Notes under the pieces: model-generated
The model's database searches: none
What the model saw: the letters and a program-made list of their open reading frames with translations, nothing else
What the model was told of the DNA's origin: nothing
Assembly: GCA_963825865.1 (NCBI GenBank)
Contig: CAWGVG010000029.1
Span: 96,001 to 160,000 of the forward strand
Direction of reading: 5' to 3'
DNA: 64,000 nucleotides
Origin: an uncultured Nitrososphaeraceae archaeon
GTDB taxonomy: Archaea > Thermoproteota > Nitrososphaeria > Nitrososphaerales > Nitrososphaeraceae
Made by a program: the position numbers and the translations under genes
In this document: one piece after another, positions 1 through 11,307 of the stretch
Layout: the number at the start of each line of letters is the position of its first letter
Numbering within the stretch: the first letter of the stretch is position 1

Positions 1-1
1 G

Positions 2-139
2 GACTACAATTTTTTCAATTATTGCTCTACCTGTGGCCTGAAACTTTCAAAACAGATCGTGCGATGTCCAGAGTGTAAGCAAAAAGTAAGGACAAAACCA
101 TGGCATCGTTCAAAAGTTACCCGGTTTAAACGAATCTAG
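2..139 (+). CDS. Small Zn-finger protein, 3' part (5' end outside window)
   Basis: Manual translation of frame 2: DYNFFNYCSTCGLKLSKQIVRCPECKQKVRTKPWHRSKVTRFKRI*, two CxxC motifs. Confidence 0.7.
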   Translation, partial: DYNFFNYCSTCGLKLSKQIVRCPECKQKVRTKPWHRSKVTRFKRI

Positions 140-387
140 CTGTTACAAAAATTAGATACATGTTAGGCAGACATCATAATGAATGGTCATGCTTAAAGTT
201 ACTGTTGTAAAAAATCATAATATGCAATGATTAGGGCATGATGATGTGGCATCACCATCCATCAATAGACAAAACAATAAGAGTAGTGTAGTCTACTTAT
301 TAGGAAAGAGACCCCTGCTGTAAAGTAGTGCTGGTAAAGTTATTCACTTAGTCACAGTTATAAGAAAGACTTGAAAATTGAATTTAA

Positions 388-891
388 ATGAGCAAAGAAA
401 TTGGCGATCATCAGCAAAATGCAATGGAGCAGAAAATCAACGAAATGGTTCAGCAGTCAAGAATCCTTGAGGCCTACATGAACGACATCATTACCCGGGA
501 GACTACAGTTTCAAGGCTAATGGAAGAAGGTCGTCTTGCTTCTTCTGCTGTTCAAAGTATAACAGAAGTGTCAGAAGTCGAATCATTAATGCCTGTTGGA
601 ATTGGAGTTTATATGAAGGCTTTAGTTCCTCCTATGAAGAAATTGCTGATAAATGTAGGCGCAGGTGTTACTATAGAAAAAAGCAGAGAAGATACTATCA
701 ATTATATTGAGTCTAGACTTAAAGAATTCGAAGTTGCATTGAGACAGCTTGCTAGTCAAAAACATCAAATAGCAACGCGTATGGAGCAGATTCAAGAACA
801 AATTAACCAGATGTTACAGCAGGCTGGCGTTACTGCAAAATCACAAACCCGTACACATGCATATGACAGTGGACAACCACATCCTCATTAG
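388..891 (+). CDS. pfdA: Prefoldin alpha subunit
   Basis: Coiled coils around the hairpin LMPVGIGVYMKA...LLINVGAGVTIEK; directly upstream of ftsY as is usual in archaea. Confidence 0.92.
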   Translation: MSKEIGDHQQNAMEQKINEMVQQSRILEAYMNDIITRETTVSRLMEEGRLASSAVQSITEVSEVESLMPVGIGVYMKALVPPMKKLLINVGAGVTIEKSREDTINYIESRLKEFEVALRQLASQKHQIATRMEQIQEQINQMLQQAGVTAKSQTRTHAYDSGQPHPH

Positions 892-902
892 GCGGAACAT
901 GA

Positions 903-2409
903 ATGTTTGACAAGCTCAAAAAAGCCTTTTCCGGTATAGCAATAAAAAGCATTGGTCAAAAAGAGATTTCTGAAAAAGATTTTGATAACAATTTATCTGA
1001 TTTACAACTTGTATTATTGGAAAGCGATGTAGCACAAGAAGTAATCGATGATCTTTCTACAAAGTTGAAAAATGAATTACTCGGACTAAAACTGGAAAAA
1101 GGACAGCAGACAGCAGAGGATATAATCAGATCAAAACTTAAAAGCGCTATTGCAGAAATGTTTGCCAAAGCGGGAAAAATAGATCTGATACAGAAAATTC
1201 AAGTGAAGAGAAATGCTAGAGGTGGACCATTTGTTATTGTTTTTCTTGGAATCAATGGGACTGGTAAAACAACCACGGTTGCAAAGATAGCTCATCTACT
1301 ACGTAAGAATGGTATTTCCGTAGTTTTGGCAGCTGGAGATACCCATCGTGCAGGTGCAATCGAACAATTAACTCAACATGCTGAAAAATTATCATTAAAA
1401 GTTATTTCCCAAAGGTATGGAGCGGATCCTTCAGCGGTAGGCAGGGACGCAGTTGATTATGGTAGAAAACACTACATTGATGCAGTATTGATAGATACTG
1501 CTGGCAGAATGCAAACTGCCAAAAATCTAATGGATGAAGTCAGTAAAACTATCAGAGTAGTAAAGCCGGATATGAAATTATTTATAGGCGATTCGCTGGC
1601 TGGAAACGATACGATCAGTCAATCAAAAGAATTTTTCCAATATACCAATTTTGATGGTGCTATTTTAACTAAAGCAGATGCAGATGCAAAAGGCGGTGCT
1701 GGCAATTTCTATAGTTTATATCACATCAAAACCAATAGTTTATCTTGGAGTTGGACAGGGATACGACAATATAATCACTTTTGACCCCGTCAAGTTCCTT
1801 GAATCAATATTTGGCAATTCTTCTTTAATCGATGATGATATAACTACTACAACAGTTTATGAACCGATTGCAGAATCTGGAACCCCTGTCAGTATCTCTG
1901 AAATAGAAGTACAAAAACCAGAGGCAGTTAGGACTGCCGATAGATTAGGTGATTATACAACAACAACCTCCAAAGAAGAAGAACAACTACAATCTACACC
2001 ACGTATATCGACATCTGCAATAATATCTAAAGCATCGAATAACTCAGAATCTGCGCCCATTGTTGTTCCTAAAACGGAAAGAAACTTTGAAAAGTCTTTA
2101 GAAAAGCATCAATCTGAACCAATTTCGACACAGACCACTCCTATAGCAAACGAAAACCAACCGTTAGAGGTAGAAAAGAAGGCAAAGAGTCGTTTCGGTG
2201 GATTGTTTAGTAGAAAAAATAAAGACAAAAAAACGAGATTGAAAGATGAAGATGAGGAGAGAGAAGCAAAAAAACTGCCAAAATCTGCAGAAGATGGAAT
2301 ACAAATAGAAGGCAAAGAGTCAAAGAAGCATGAAGAAGGAGAACAGCAACAAGGAAAAGATGATGTAGTATATATTACAGATGATGATATTGATGACCTT
2401 CTTAAGTAA
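903..2409 (+). CDS. ftsY: SRP receptor FtsY, split by a 1-nt frameshift near 1701; long C-terminal low-complexity extension
   Basis: GINGTGKTT, DTHRAGA, DTAGR and TKAD GTPase motifs; removing one G joins AKGGA to AISIVYITSKPIVYLGVGQGYD in ORF 1678..2409. Confidence 0.93.
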
Positions 2410-3343
2410 CAAAGATGTTCTCAGTTTACAAGACATAAGTTCAAAGGAAATTCTTTCAATTATAAAATTAGCTAATACTTTTAAAAAAGAACTGAAGAAC
2501 AGAAAGTCATTGTTATTACTGAAAGGCAAAGTGTTTGGATTGGTTTTCCAAAAACCATCAACTAGAACAAGGGTAAGTTTTGAGACTGGAATATCTCAAT
2601 TGGGTGGAAACACTGTATACCTGGGTGTCAACGATATCCACTTATCACGTGGAGAGTCAATAGAAGATACGGCCAGAACATTATCACTATATCTCAATTG
2701 CATCATAGGCCGGGTTTATGATCACGCAGATATTCAAAGGTTAGCCTATTGGGCTTCTATTCCTGTTATAAATGGACTTTCTGACACTTTCCATCCATGT
2801 CAAATACTTGCCGACCTTCTGACGATTCAAGAGTACAAGAAAAAACTAAAAGGATTGAGACTTGCATGGGTTGGAGATGGCAATAATGTTTGCAATGATT
2901 TGTTACTAGGTTGTGCAAAAACCGGCATAAATATGACGGTGGCGTGCCCCAGAGGTTATGAACCAATGCAACAGATCGTAAAACTGGCAAAAAAGGATGG
3001 AGAAAATACAGGAGCCGAGATCATTATTACTGACGATCCAGTTGTTGCTGCCAAAGATGTGGATGCTGTAGTAACTGATACATTTATTTCAATAGGGAAA
3101 GATGAAGAAAAGACTAGTCGAGGAATAGTTTTTCTTCCAAAGTATCAGGTAAATTCTGATCTCATGAAACTGGCAAAAAAAGACGCAATCTTTCTGCACT
3201 GTTTGCCCGCCAAGCGTGGTCAAGAAGTGACCTCTGAAGTAATAGACGGAGAAGCATCTGTTGTCTGGGATGAGGCTGAGAACAGACTGCATGTTCAAAA
3301 AGCGTTAATGTGCATGTTACTGAAAATAAAATTTGGCAATTAA
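2381..3343 (+). CDS. argF: Ornithine carbamoyltransferase (true start probably ~2390-2393)
   Basis: FQKPSTRTRVSFE, HPCQILAD, GDGNNV, FLHCLP and DEAENRLH motifs. Confidence 0.96.
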   Translation: MMILMTFLSNKDVLSLQDISSKEILSIIKLANTFKKELKNRKSLLLLKGKVFGLVFQKPSTRTRVSFETGISQLGGNTVYLGVNDIHLSRGESIEDTARTLSLYLNCIIGRVYDHADIQRLAYWASIPVINGLSDTFHPCQILADLLTIQEYKKKLKGLRLAWVGDGNNVCNDLLLGCAKTGINMTVACPRGYEPMQQIVKLAKKDGENTGAEIIITDDPVVAAKDVDAVVTDTFISIGKDEEKTSRGIVFLPKYQVNSDLMKLAKKDAIFLHCLPAKRGQEVTSEVIDGEASVVWDEAENRLHVQKALMCMLLKIKFGN

Positions 3344-3771
3344 CCATTTTTTGGCGTTACAACTGTGGTAAAAGAGGAAATCTAAAGTAAATATCGGAAG
3401 ACACACGTTCAAGTAATTTTTATTGCTGGATGAAAAGAAAAGAAATCTAAAAGCGTAAAAATGATCCTGACAACCCTCCTGTGTATCTTTTATTTATGAA
3501 AGAAGCACGCCTGCAGCAAATCAAATCAAATCACATCCAGTTGGAATGTATTACTGTATATGATTTCTATAACCAGATATACATTGGGTAACCGAAGACT
3601 TTCAGATCTTTATGAAAATTGAACAGAATATTATTATTATTATTCCAAGATTATAAAATACGTCATAAAGATTCAGGTATTCTTGGTAAAGTTGATCTTT
3701 ATCATAGAGATGTACAGTTAGAGAAAAATGAAATTTGAAGTCAAAATCTTTTTTAGACACAACTACAGCAT

Positions 3772-4029
3772 TTATTTTATTTGTTCGTTTTGATAATATT
3801 TGCTATTTTCGTTTTTATTTCCATCTCCCTTTTTCCATATCTGTATTTGACCGCCATATACCTCATTTTCATAGACAAATGATGGCACTTGAGCATAATA
3901 CCCTTCTCTACCTGATTTAAATGTCTTGGGCGGTAGTGGTATTTCATGTTCTTTCCCATCTGGCATCCTAAGTATTGCAACTGCAATCCTGCTTTTTGTT
4001 TTTTGTTTTTCATAATCATCTGAAGTCAA
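3772..4029 (-). CDS. Hypothetical protein
   Basis: 85-aa ORF with globular composition (PPKTFKSGREGYYAQ...YGGQIQIWKKG). Confidence 0.65.
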   Translation of the reverse strand: MTSDDYEKQKTKSRIAVAILRMPDGKEHEIPLPPKTFKSGREGYYAQVPSFVYENEVYGGQIQIWKKGDGNKNENSKYYQNEQIK

Positions 4030-4438
4030 ATTCTACTATGACTTGTCATAATCGGTAGTTTTAATGTTTAATACCTTTTGAGTATTTCAAATTGAAAATC
4101 CTATACTAATAAATTAATGTATTCAATATACTTGAGAGATAACAATTTTTGCTCTTATTTTATTATTTGTATTAATTATATCGAAGAGTATAAAGCGTAA
4201 AAAAGTAATACTATAAGAGGGAATGATTTCTCTTATTTCTGCAGTTGTTATTTTCCTTGTGCCTTTTAGTATCCGCGTTCTCTGATGCGCTCGGACTTGT
4301 TGCACCAATGTAACTTATCACGCTAGCCTTGTTTATTATATCACCTAATTAAGGTCCCCAATCTTATTGTTGGATCTTTTGTAAAGTAACCTTTAATTGT
4401 GATTAAAAATCCATTCAATTCGGATTAGACTAGAAAAT

Positions 4439-5581
4439 ATGATTAGTTTCTTCCTACTGCAACTTAATAGCATTTTTGGACCTGGAGGTGGATCTGATTC
4501 AGGTAATAATCCTCTTTCATATATTCTCTGGTTTGCACCTATCTTCATTTTGATGATGTATGGTCAGAAATTTCAATCATGGATGATTCTCAGCGATATT
4601 TCAAAATCCTTAACCAAGCTAAAGACTATGAAAGAAACGGCGAGGAAAGAAGCAATAGAGTATGTTAAAACATCAATTAAGCCTTCAACTGACCCATGTG
4701 AAAAAATTGACAAATTTCTAGAATATTTTACAATTATGCCTGTTGACCTTGATCCGAATGGGATTATAGGAAAGCTTGATCACATAATGAGAACTAGAGA
4801 TGAAAGGGTTCGATCTGAAATAAAGAGAATGGCTGATGGAATGAGCGAATCGCATGCTTCTCGTATGGAAAACATTCTAGAGGCTGCAACTGCTCTCAAC
4901 ATGATTTACAAGGTCGTAAGGCACTTTTACCTCATGGGTAAACGTACTACAAGCATGTTTGTACTTGTACAGCTGGAAATGGTGATGCCGCTTTTATTAC
5001 AAGAAGCAGAGGCTTTGCAGAAGGCAATAAGTGCATTTAAAAAGGGTCTACCAATTGGGGATAGCATAGGTCCAATGGTTGTTGGCAAAATGATGATTGG
5101 AAAGGAAAAGAAAGTAATCGCAAGAGAAACTGTCTACAGCGAAGACGAGTATATGGATAGAAAATTATATTTGCTCAAAGCAGAAGGACCAGGCGGTACG
5201 GTAGGTAGACCTGGAGAGGCGGTTCAAAGGATAGTTGGAGAGATAGGATTGAAAATTGATGCCATCATAATGATAGATGCTGCAATGAAGCTGGAAGGCG
5301 AAAAAACCGGCTCCATTGCTGAAGGTATTGGAGCTGCCATAGGTGGCATCGGCGTTGAGAAATACCAGATTGAAGAAGTTGCAACAAGGTTCAATATTCC
5401 TGTTTACGCAGTCATAGTAAAACAATCTATCCAGGATGCAATTACGATTATGCGGAAAGAGATTTCTGATTCGTTTGATAAGGTAAGCAAGACAGTACTC
5501 ACTGTAATTGAAGATAAGACTTCTGCGGGACAATCAGTTTTAATTATCGGCATTGGAAATACATTAGGAGTTTCGCAATAG
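4439..5581 (+). CDS. DUF1512 family protein
   Basis: N-terminal TM helix; PVDLDPNGII, PIGDSIGP, KAEGPGGTVGRPG, IDAAMKLEGE and GIGNTLGV motifs. Confidence 0.88.
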   Translation: MISFFLLQLNSIFGPGGGSDSGNNPLSYILWFAPIFILMMYGQKFQSWMILSDISKSLTKLKTMKETARKEAIEYVKTSIKPSTDPCEKIDKFLEYFTIMPVDLDPNGIIGKLDHIMRTRDERVRSEIKRMADGMSESHASRMENILEAATALNMIYKVVRHFYLMGKRTTSMFVLVQLEMVMPLLLQEAEALQKAISAFKKGLPIGDSIGPMVVGKMMIGKEKKVIARETVYSEDEYMDRKLYLLKAEGPGGTVGRPGEAVQRIVGEIGLKIDAIIMIDAAMKLEGEKTGSIAEGIGAAIGGIGVEKYQIEEVATRFNIPVYAVIVKQSIQDAITIMRKEISDSFDKVSKTVLTVIEDKTSAGQSVLIIGIGNTLGVSQ

Positions 5582-5584
5582 TAA

Positions 5585-5803
5585 TTGTTGTTTTTTGGAA
5601 AGAAGAAAAAAGAAGAGACTCCAACTCTTTACACTGAAGAAGCATGTCAAAGTTGTGGCGAAAAGAACAGGAGAGCTTTTCAAGATAGTGATTATATTTA
5701 CAAAAGCAGCTCAAGATGTAATAAGTGCTCTGGAACTGCTATGATTACTGCAATTTATGGCGAATATCCATCAGAGAAAAAACAAAAACAAAAACAACTA
5801 TAG
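5585..5803 (+). CDS. Small Zn-ribbon protein co-transcribed with DUF1512
   Basis: CQSC...RAFQDSDYI...CNKC...ITAIYGE; starts 3 nt after the DUF1512 stop. Confidence 0.8.
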   Translation: MLFFGKKKKEETPTLYTEEACQSCGEKNRRAFQDSDYIYKSSSRCNKCSGTAMITAIYGEYPSEKKQKQKQL

Positions 5804-5822
5804 AGGACTTACACAATAAAAG

Positions 5823-5844
5823 ACTAACTAACTAGTTTGATAGT
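5823..5844 (+). repeat. Left copy of 22-bp direct repeat (putative attL)
   Basis: ACTAACTAACTAGTTTGATAGT, 20/22 identical to 11308..11329. Confidence 0.7.
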
Positions 5845-5908
5845 TTGTATAGAATACTAACTTATATCTAAGTCTATCATATAGATATTGCTGAGAATAA
5901 CATAAATA

Positions 5909-8105
5909 ATGCAAAAATTTCATTAGCTAAGTCAAAATTAAAGTCAAAAGAAGCCATTATTAGTAATACCATTTCTACTACTTCTTCTAGCTATACTCCC
6001 AATATTGATAAGGAAAGCCTACAGTAAGATAGAAAACATTACAGAAGGACTTTCTGCTAACTGCTTTAATTTTCTATATAATAAAATATTGCCAGCATCA
6101 GAAAGTAATGCCTTAACAATTTGTGATTATATTTCTTCTATGAAGTCAGAAATTAATTTAGTTGACCATTATAGAAAAGACGTAATAATTCTGCTTAGTA
6201 ATTTCTCAATCTTTCATAAAAATCAAAAGCCATTCAAATCTATAACAAGAGAAGACATACTTGCATTCTTAGATAGTTATAGAAAGCCAGAAAGCTCAGA
6301 TCTACTCCATAAATGGATAGGCACTTACAACACATATAGAATGCATTTAATGAGATTTTTCAAGTGGCTATATTATCCGGATATAGAACAGAAGAAAAGA
6401 CCAAACCCATCAGTTATTGAAAATATTGCACGGCTTAAAAGAAAAGAAACTTCCATTTACAAGCCAACTGATTTGTGGTCAGAAGAAGATGACATATTAT
6501 TTTTAAAATATTGTCCGTCAAAGAGAATCAAATGTTATCATGCTATCTCAAGGGATACGAGCTGCAGGCCCCATGAGATATTGAAATTAAGGATAAAAGA
6601 TATTGTGTTTAAAACTGCAGGTAATTATCAATATGCAGAAGTTCTAGTTAATGGGAAAACTGGAACAGACATATACCTTTGATAAATTCCATTCCCTTTG
6701 TAAAGGACTATCTGGATCATGAGCATCCACAAAGTGGAAATCCAAATTCAATATTTATCTGTGGAAATGGCAAGAGCATAGGTAAGAGCCTAGGCATTAA
6801 TATCTCTTGTGTAATTAGAAGCTTAGAGCTATATTCCTCTTCACATAGGATATCTATCTGACAAGCTCTTTGATGTCCTATAGCAAATTATGTAAGAAAC
6901 CTTTGATATTCAGGTCATTTACCGGAGTAACTGTATCTGAATTTGAATCCATTTGTAACGAAATTGAACATAACTACGAAGAGCACGAAAGAAGACGTCT
7001 TCTATCAAGGATGAGAATACGGGATATAGGTGCTGGTAGACCATTTAAGCTTAAAGTTAAAGAAAGATTCGTTATGCTTCTAGTATACTACAGATTATAC
7101 ATTACATATACATTATCAGGATTTCTGTTTGACCTTGATCAGAAGCAATGTTTGTAGAGATATATCAATGATGGAACCACTTATCAAGGAGTGTATTCCA
7201 TTGCCAAAGAAGATATACAAACGTCCTAGGAGATTAAGAACTATAGATGAAGTAGAAGAGTACTTTCCTGGATTCAAGGCTTTCATAGACTCTACAGAAC
7301 AAGAAATTCCAAGACCTAAGAACAAAAGAAGAAGGAAGAGTTACTATTCAGGTAGAAAGAAGAAACATACTGTCAAGACACAATTGATGGTAAACCAGTG
7401 AAGGATTGATACTGCATAAGACAGGTCACAGAAGTGGAAGAAAACATGATTATGACATTTACAAACACAATCATTCTATAACTCCATCACAAGTTGAAAA
7501 CATAGTTAATATTGGTTATCTTGGCATTGAAAAGGACTTTCCCACTGTAAATCTGTACTTGGTATCAAAAAGAAAAAGGGTACATTGCTTTCATGTGATG
7601 AAAGAACTTACAACAAGAATCATTCTAGGCTAAGGATCATAGTAGAACATACCATATGTAGAATCAAAAAGTTTGGAATAATGGGTATAAATTTAGAAAC
7701 AGATTAAGGAAGTACGAATAACGTATCTGATATAATATCCGGTCTCCTGAACTTCAGAGTTATACAGTCTGACAGCATTTCAATCTAAGAAGACGGCTAA
7801 AACAAGTAGGGTGTTAGACTATCGCTGCTAATTACGCAGAGATCTATTATAACTCTGTATCAAATATATGATAGATACAAAAAAGAATACTTTCCTAAAT
7901 TATTAGAAAACAATCCAAACGTTCCGCCTGAAGACAAGCAAAAGATTAAAGAATTACTCAAGAAGCCTTGGAACCCATATATTAGAAGACACTCCGCATT
8001 GACAGACAAATCAAAAATATTGAAACATGTATTAAGGCAGCATGCTGGCTGGTCTGGAAATCACAGATGCCACAAAAATATCTCCATTACTTTGGCAATG
8101 AATGT
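5909..8105 (+). pseudogene. Tyrosine site-specific integrase, interrupted by an IS (6800..7845) and truncated
   Basis: SAM-like N-domain (HKWIGTYNTY), RDTSCRPHEIL (catalytic R), NGKTG; after the IS KKPWNPYIRRHSALT (RRH), QHAGWS and KYLHYFGNE (catalytic Y). Confidence 0.88.
6800..7845 (+). mobile_element. IS5-like (DDE_Tnp_4/ISL2-Harbinger type) insertion sequence; frameshifted transposase 6870..7788
   Basis: FRSFTG, GAGRPFKL, LVYYRLY, FIDSTEQEIPRP, YSGRKKKHTVKTQ and GRKHDY motifs; imperfect TIRs TCTCTTGTGTAATTAG / CTAATTACGCAGAGA; ATTA duplicated at 6796-6799 and 7846-7849. Confidence 0.9.
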
Positions 8106-8237
8106 TTTAATGGTTAATGCATGCCTAGGTGCATATCTGTATCTAGACAATTCAATTCATCTAACAATATTGTACAACTGACCGAGTTGGACTACATCAG
8201 AATAACATACAGGATTTAAAAATTCAATAAAAACATG

Positions 8238-8290
8238 GTCAGATAAGTCAGTTAGGTCAGATAACTAACATAAAAGTCAGAAAGATAACT
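8238..8290 (+). repeat. Cluster of GTCAG(A/T)(T/A)A direct repeats
   Basis: GTCAG at 8238, 8247, 8256 and 8276 in intergenic DNA. Confidence 0.5.
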
Positions 8291-8386
8291 TGCACTTTGG
8301 TTAGTCATAAGTAATATCAATTTGGCCTGGCAAAGTCTCATGGTTTAATAGATCTTATCTTTTATTTTTCACAAAGCGATATTTGT

Positions 8387-8794
8387 TCATTTGTCAAGTT
8401 GCTTCATAATAGTAGATATCACTTCCTTTAGAGAAAATGGTTTTTGAATAAACCCATCAATTTTCAAAGATGATAAACGTGTATACATGGATCATTGATG
8501 TCAAATGTCGACATTAGTATTACCTTAACTGACGGAACTATTTCCCTCACCTTCTTTGCAAATTCAAATCCATTCATCGCCGGCATCCTTACATCGCAAA
8601 TAATTAGAGAATAATTTTTAGAATTGAGAATGAAATGTTCAAAGGCCAACAAAGGGTTTGTAAATCCAAATGTGCGGTATCTATGCCTTTGTAGCAGATG
8701 TTTGATGAGTGTGACAATATCCACTTCGTCATCAAGCACTAATATGGTCTTATGTGCTGATGTTGAAGATGTTTTCTTATCCTCAAGACTTCAT
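8387..8794 (-). CDS. Stand-alone response regulator receiver protein (frameshifted)
   Basis: ILVLDDEVDI, CDVRMPAMNGFE, VILMST; an alternative frame supplies IDGFIQKPFS...QLDK*. Confidence 0.85.
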
Positions 8795-8841
8795 ATCGCT
8801 AGCAATATCGCTAGCGTTATATTAATCTATCGCTAGCGATA
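8795..8841. promoter_or_regulatory. Three ATCGCTAGC boxes, one a perfect 14-bp palindrome (TATCGCTAGCGATA), around a TATA-like element
   Basis: Copies at 8795, 8807 and 8829 immediately upstream of the receiver gene. Confidence 0.55.
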
Positions 8842-9299
8842 AATTAGACAATAAGTTGCCATAGGAATTTTTTTAAACTATACAGGATAACAATATGCTG
8901 ATAACGACCCGTTTATGGTACCTTTATGGTCACATGGAACTCGTGCTGCTGTTTATGTCGAGGTGAGTATAAGCTAGGACACATCCGACAAAGGTCGTCG
9001 ACGGAGCGTTTTTAGTATAATCCAGTTATAGTTGAATGATTGTAAGTGTCATTTCATATTTTGATCGAAAATGATTCTGATAGAAAAGAAGCTTCCATTC
9101 TGCTGCCTTGTTGTTTCCTCAAGTTCTTACAACCTTGTAGATAGAGCTACAAGTTGGTCTGATAATTGTGTTATGACAGTAGTAGTAGAAGTAAGTCAGT
9201 TGGTTACTTTTCTAGCAGAAGTTCTAGGGTATACGATATAATTGATAATACTCTTTCTCATCCAGAGGCACGAGCATGGAGTATAAGAATTCATAGAGA

Positions 9300-9690
9300 T
9301 AGTATTGGCCAAGATCCAAAATTACTCTATCATTTTTTAAATAATAGGTAAGTAATTTGAAAAATCACTACTATCTGCATTGTATGAATCATATTTGCTA
9401 TACCTCCGTTTATTGTCCAAACTTCCATTGTCTTGATTATCAACATATCACTATGTGTATATTCGATTTTATATGATGAGTTAAGAGCAGGAGTTGTTAA
9501 TGGATTCAACTCAATTAGTTGAAAATTCTGCAAGCTCGATTTATAGGATGAAACTAGTGAATCAGCAAACTGTTTTAGAGATGTGTTTTGAGAATGTAAT
9601 TTTTTTACCACTATCACAAGGTTTTCTAATATGCCAGAGTCGTTTTCTGATGGTGGACTGAATTCAGCAATAGGAAGGCTGCTATTGACA
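9300..9690 (-). pseudogene. PsbP-like secreted protein fragment
   Basis: AEFSPPSENDSGILENLVIVV...SLKQFADS...YKIEYT...KTMEVWTINGG...FSNYLP; no intact start, frameshifted. Confidence 0.6.
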
Positions 9691-9775
9691 TAATACTTTC
9701 CAATACTATATAGAAAAAATATGCAATGTTAATCAAATTTTATATATTCTTAAATCTAACTGATAATATTTACTA

Positions 9776-10932
9776 TTGTCAAAGCCCAAGATAAATTCCA
9801 AACAAATGGCAGTTATTATTCTTGCTATATCAGCATATGTTATATTAGCAGCATATTTACCAAATGTATCTTTTAGTCAACTACCCTTTCTTCCAGCAGA
9901 TCAAGGCAGCAGTATCTGAGAAAAATCATACAATTACACATGGCAATAATAATAACAATAGCAGCACATCATCCACCAAGCCCTGGAGCAACCAATTCAT
10001 TTTCGTACTCTTTAAATATGATAACAAACACAACAAAACCAGAATCTTTACCATCACAAACAAAAACTATCGACGTTACAAACCTTTCTCATAAAGGAGT
10101 AGATAAATTTGGTATTGCAATGCTTTATCCTACAAAACCCAATGGAGAACAATGGTATATGAATATGAGCAGTCCTACAAGCGACCCAAGGTTTAACCTT
10201 AATAATCCATATAAGCATGTAGGAAAATCTTCTATTTCAAAATTTAACTTTACCAAGAATTCCGATGGCTCATGGAAGGTAATTTCACCAAAGGTAAGAA
10301 TGGAAGCTTATACATCAACTGGTTATAATCAGAGTAAAATGACTACTTACAATCAATCAGAATTAGCTCCTAAAGGCTATATGCAATCACCTGATGATTG
10401 GAAAAATGCCGAAATTACAGGTTATATAAAATACAATGGAGGTAAGAAGGCTGACGAAAATTTTGATTGGTATGCAAGAGGAGGAATACATACGGATGCA
10501 AATAAAGGATGTGAAGGAACAGCTTATAAAGGAAATTTGTATTATTCTGGCAACTCCGATTTTGGAAAAGAGCAGTGGCATGAAAATGGTTTTGTTAGCA
10601 CAGATGAAAAGATAAATGTAACTTCTCCACTAAAAGGAAAATGGATTGGCTTTAAACTTGCAATGTATAACTTATCCCCTACACTTAAGAATGGATCTAT
10701 GTCTGTAAAGCTGGAAAACTGGATCAATGAAAATGCTGACGGTAAAACATGGAAAAAGGTGGATGAGAAAATTGATGATGGTGGCTGGGGAAAAGATGGT
10801 GGACGTTGCGGAGGAAGACCTGATCAAATTATAACATGGGGGGGTCCTGTTGCTACTTTTAGATGGGATGGAGCAAATGAAGTAGATATAAAGAATTTTA
10901 GTGTAAGAGAGATTCAGCCTACTACAAAATGA
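9776..10932 (+). CDS. Secreted protein with a Trp/Gly-rich beta domain (frameshifts in the N-terminal part)
   Basis: Signal-like MAVIILAISAYVILAAY upstream, Asn/Ser/Thr linker, then DKFGI...WYARGGIH...CEGTAYKG...KEQWH...ITWGGPVATFRWD. Confidence 0.75.
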
Positions 10933-11307
10933 TAGAAAATAGCTGTTGTTATCTCAATGTGCAAGACATTGTAGGTGCTAACTCATGCAGAGCAGTTATT
11001 ACTTCATTTATATTCTTTCCCAGAACTTGTCAATACTAGCAAAGATTCCATATTCCTAGAATCAAAACAAAAGATGATCCTTGACATTCAGACTTCTATA
11101 GAAAGAAACATGATGATCGCTGAACAATTTGTAAGTTATGGAGTGGCCGCAAAATGGTGGTATCAAAGTATCAGGTTTCTAATCATATAGTTATTTATGG
11201 TGCGTTATATTACCTTTATTTAGTATTATAAAGATGGTTAATAATGCCTCGAGACATTTTGACTACCACTATAACCTATATGTATTGATAGTAAGTTACT
11301 TTTCTCA

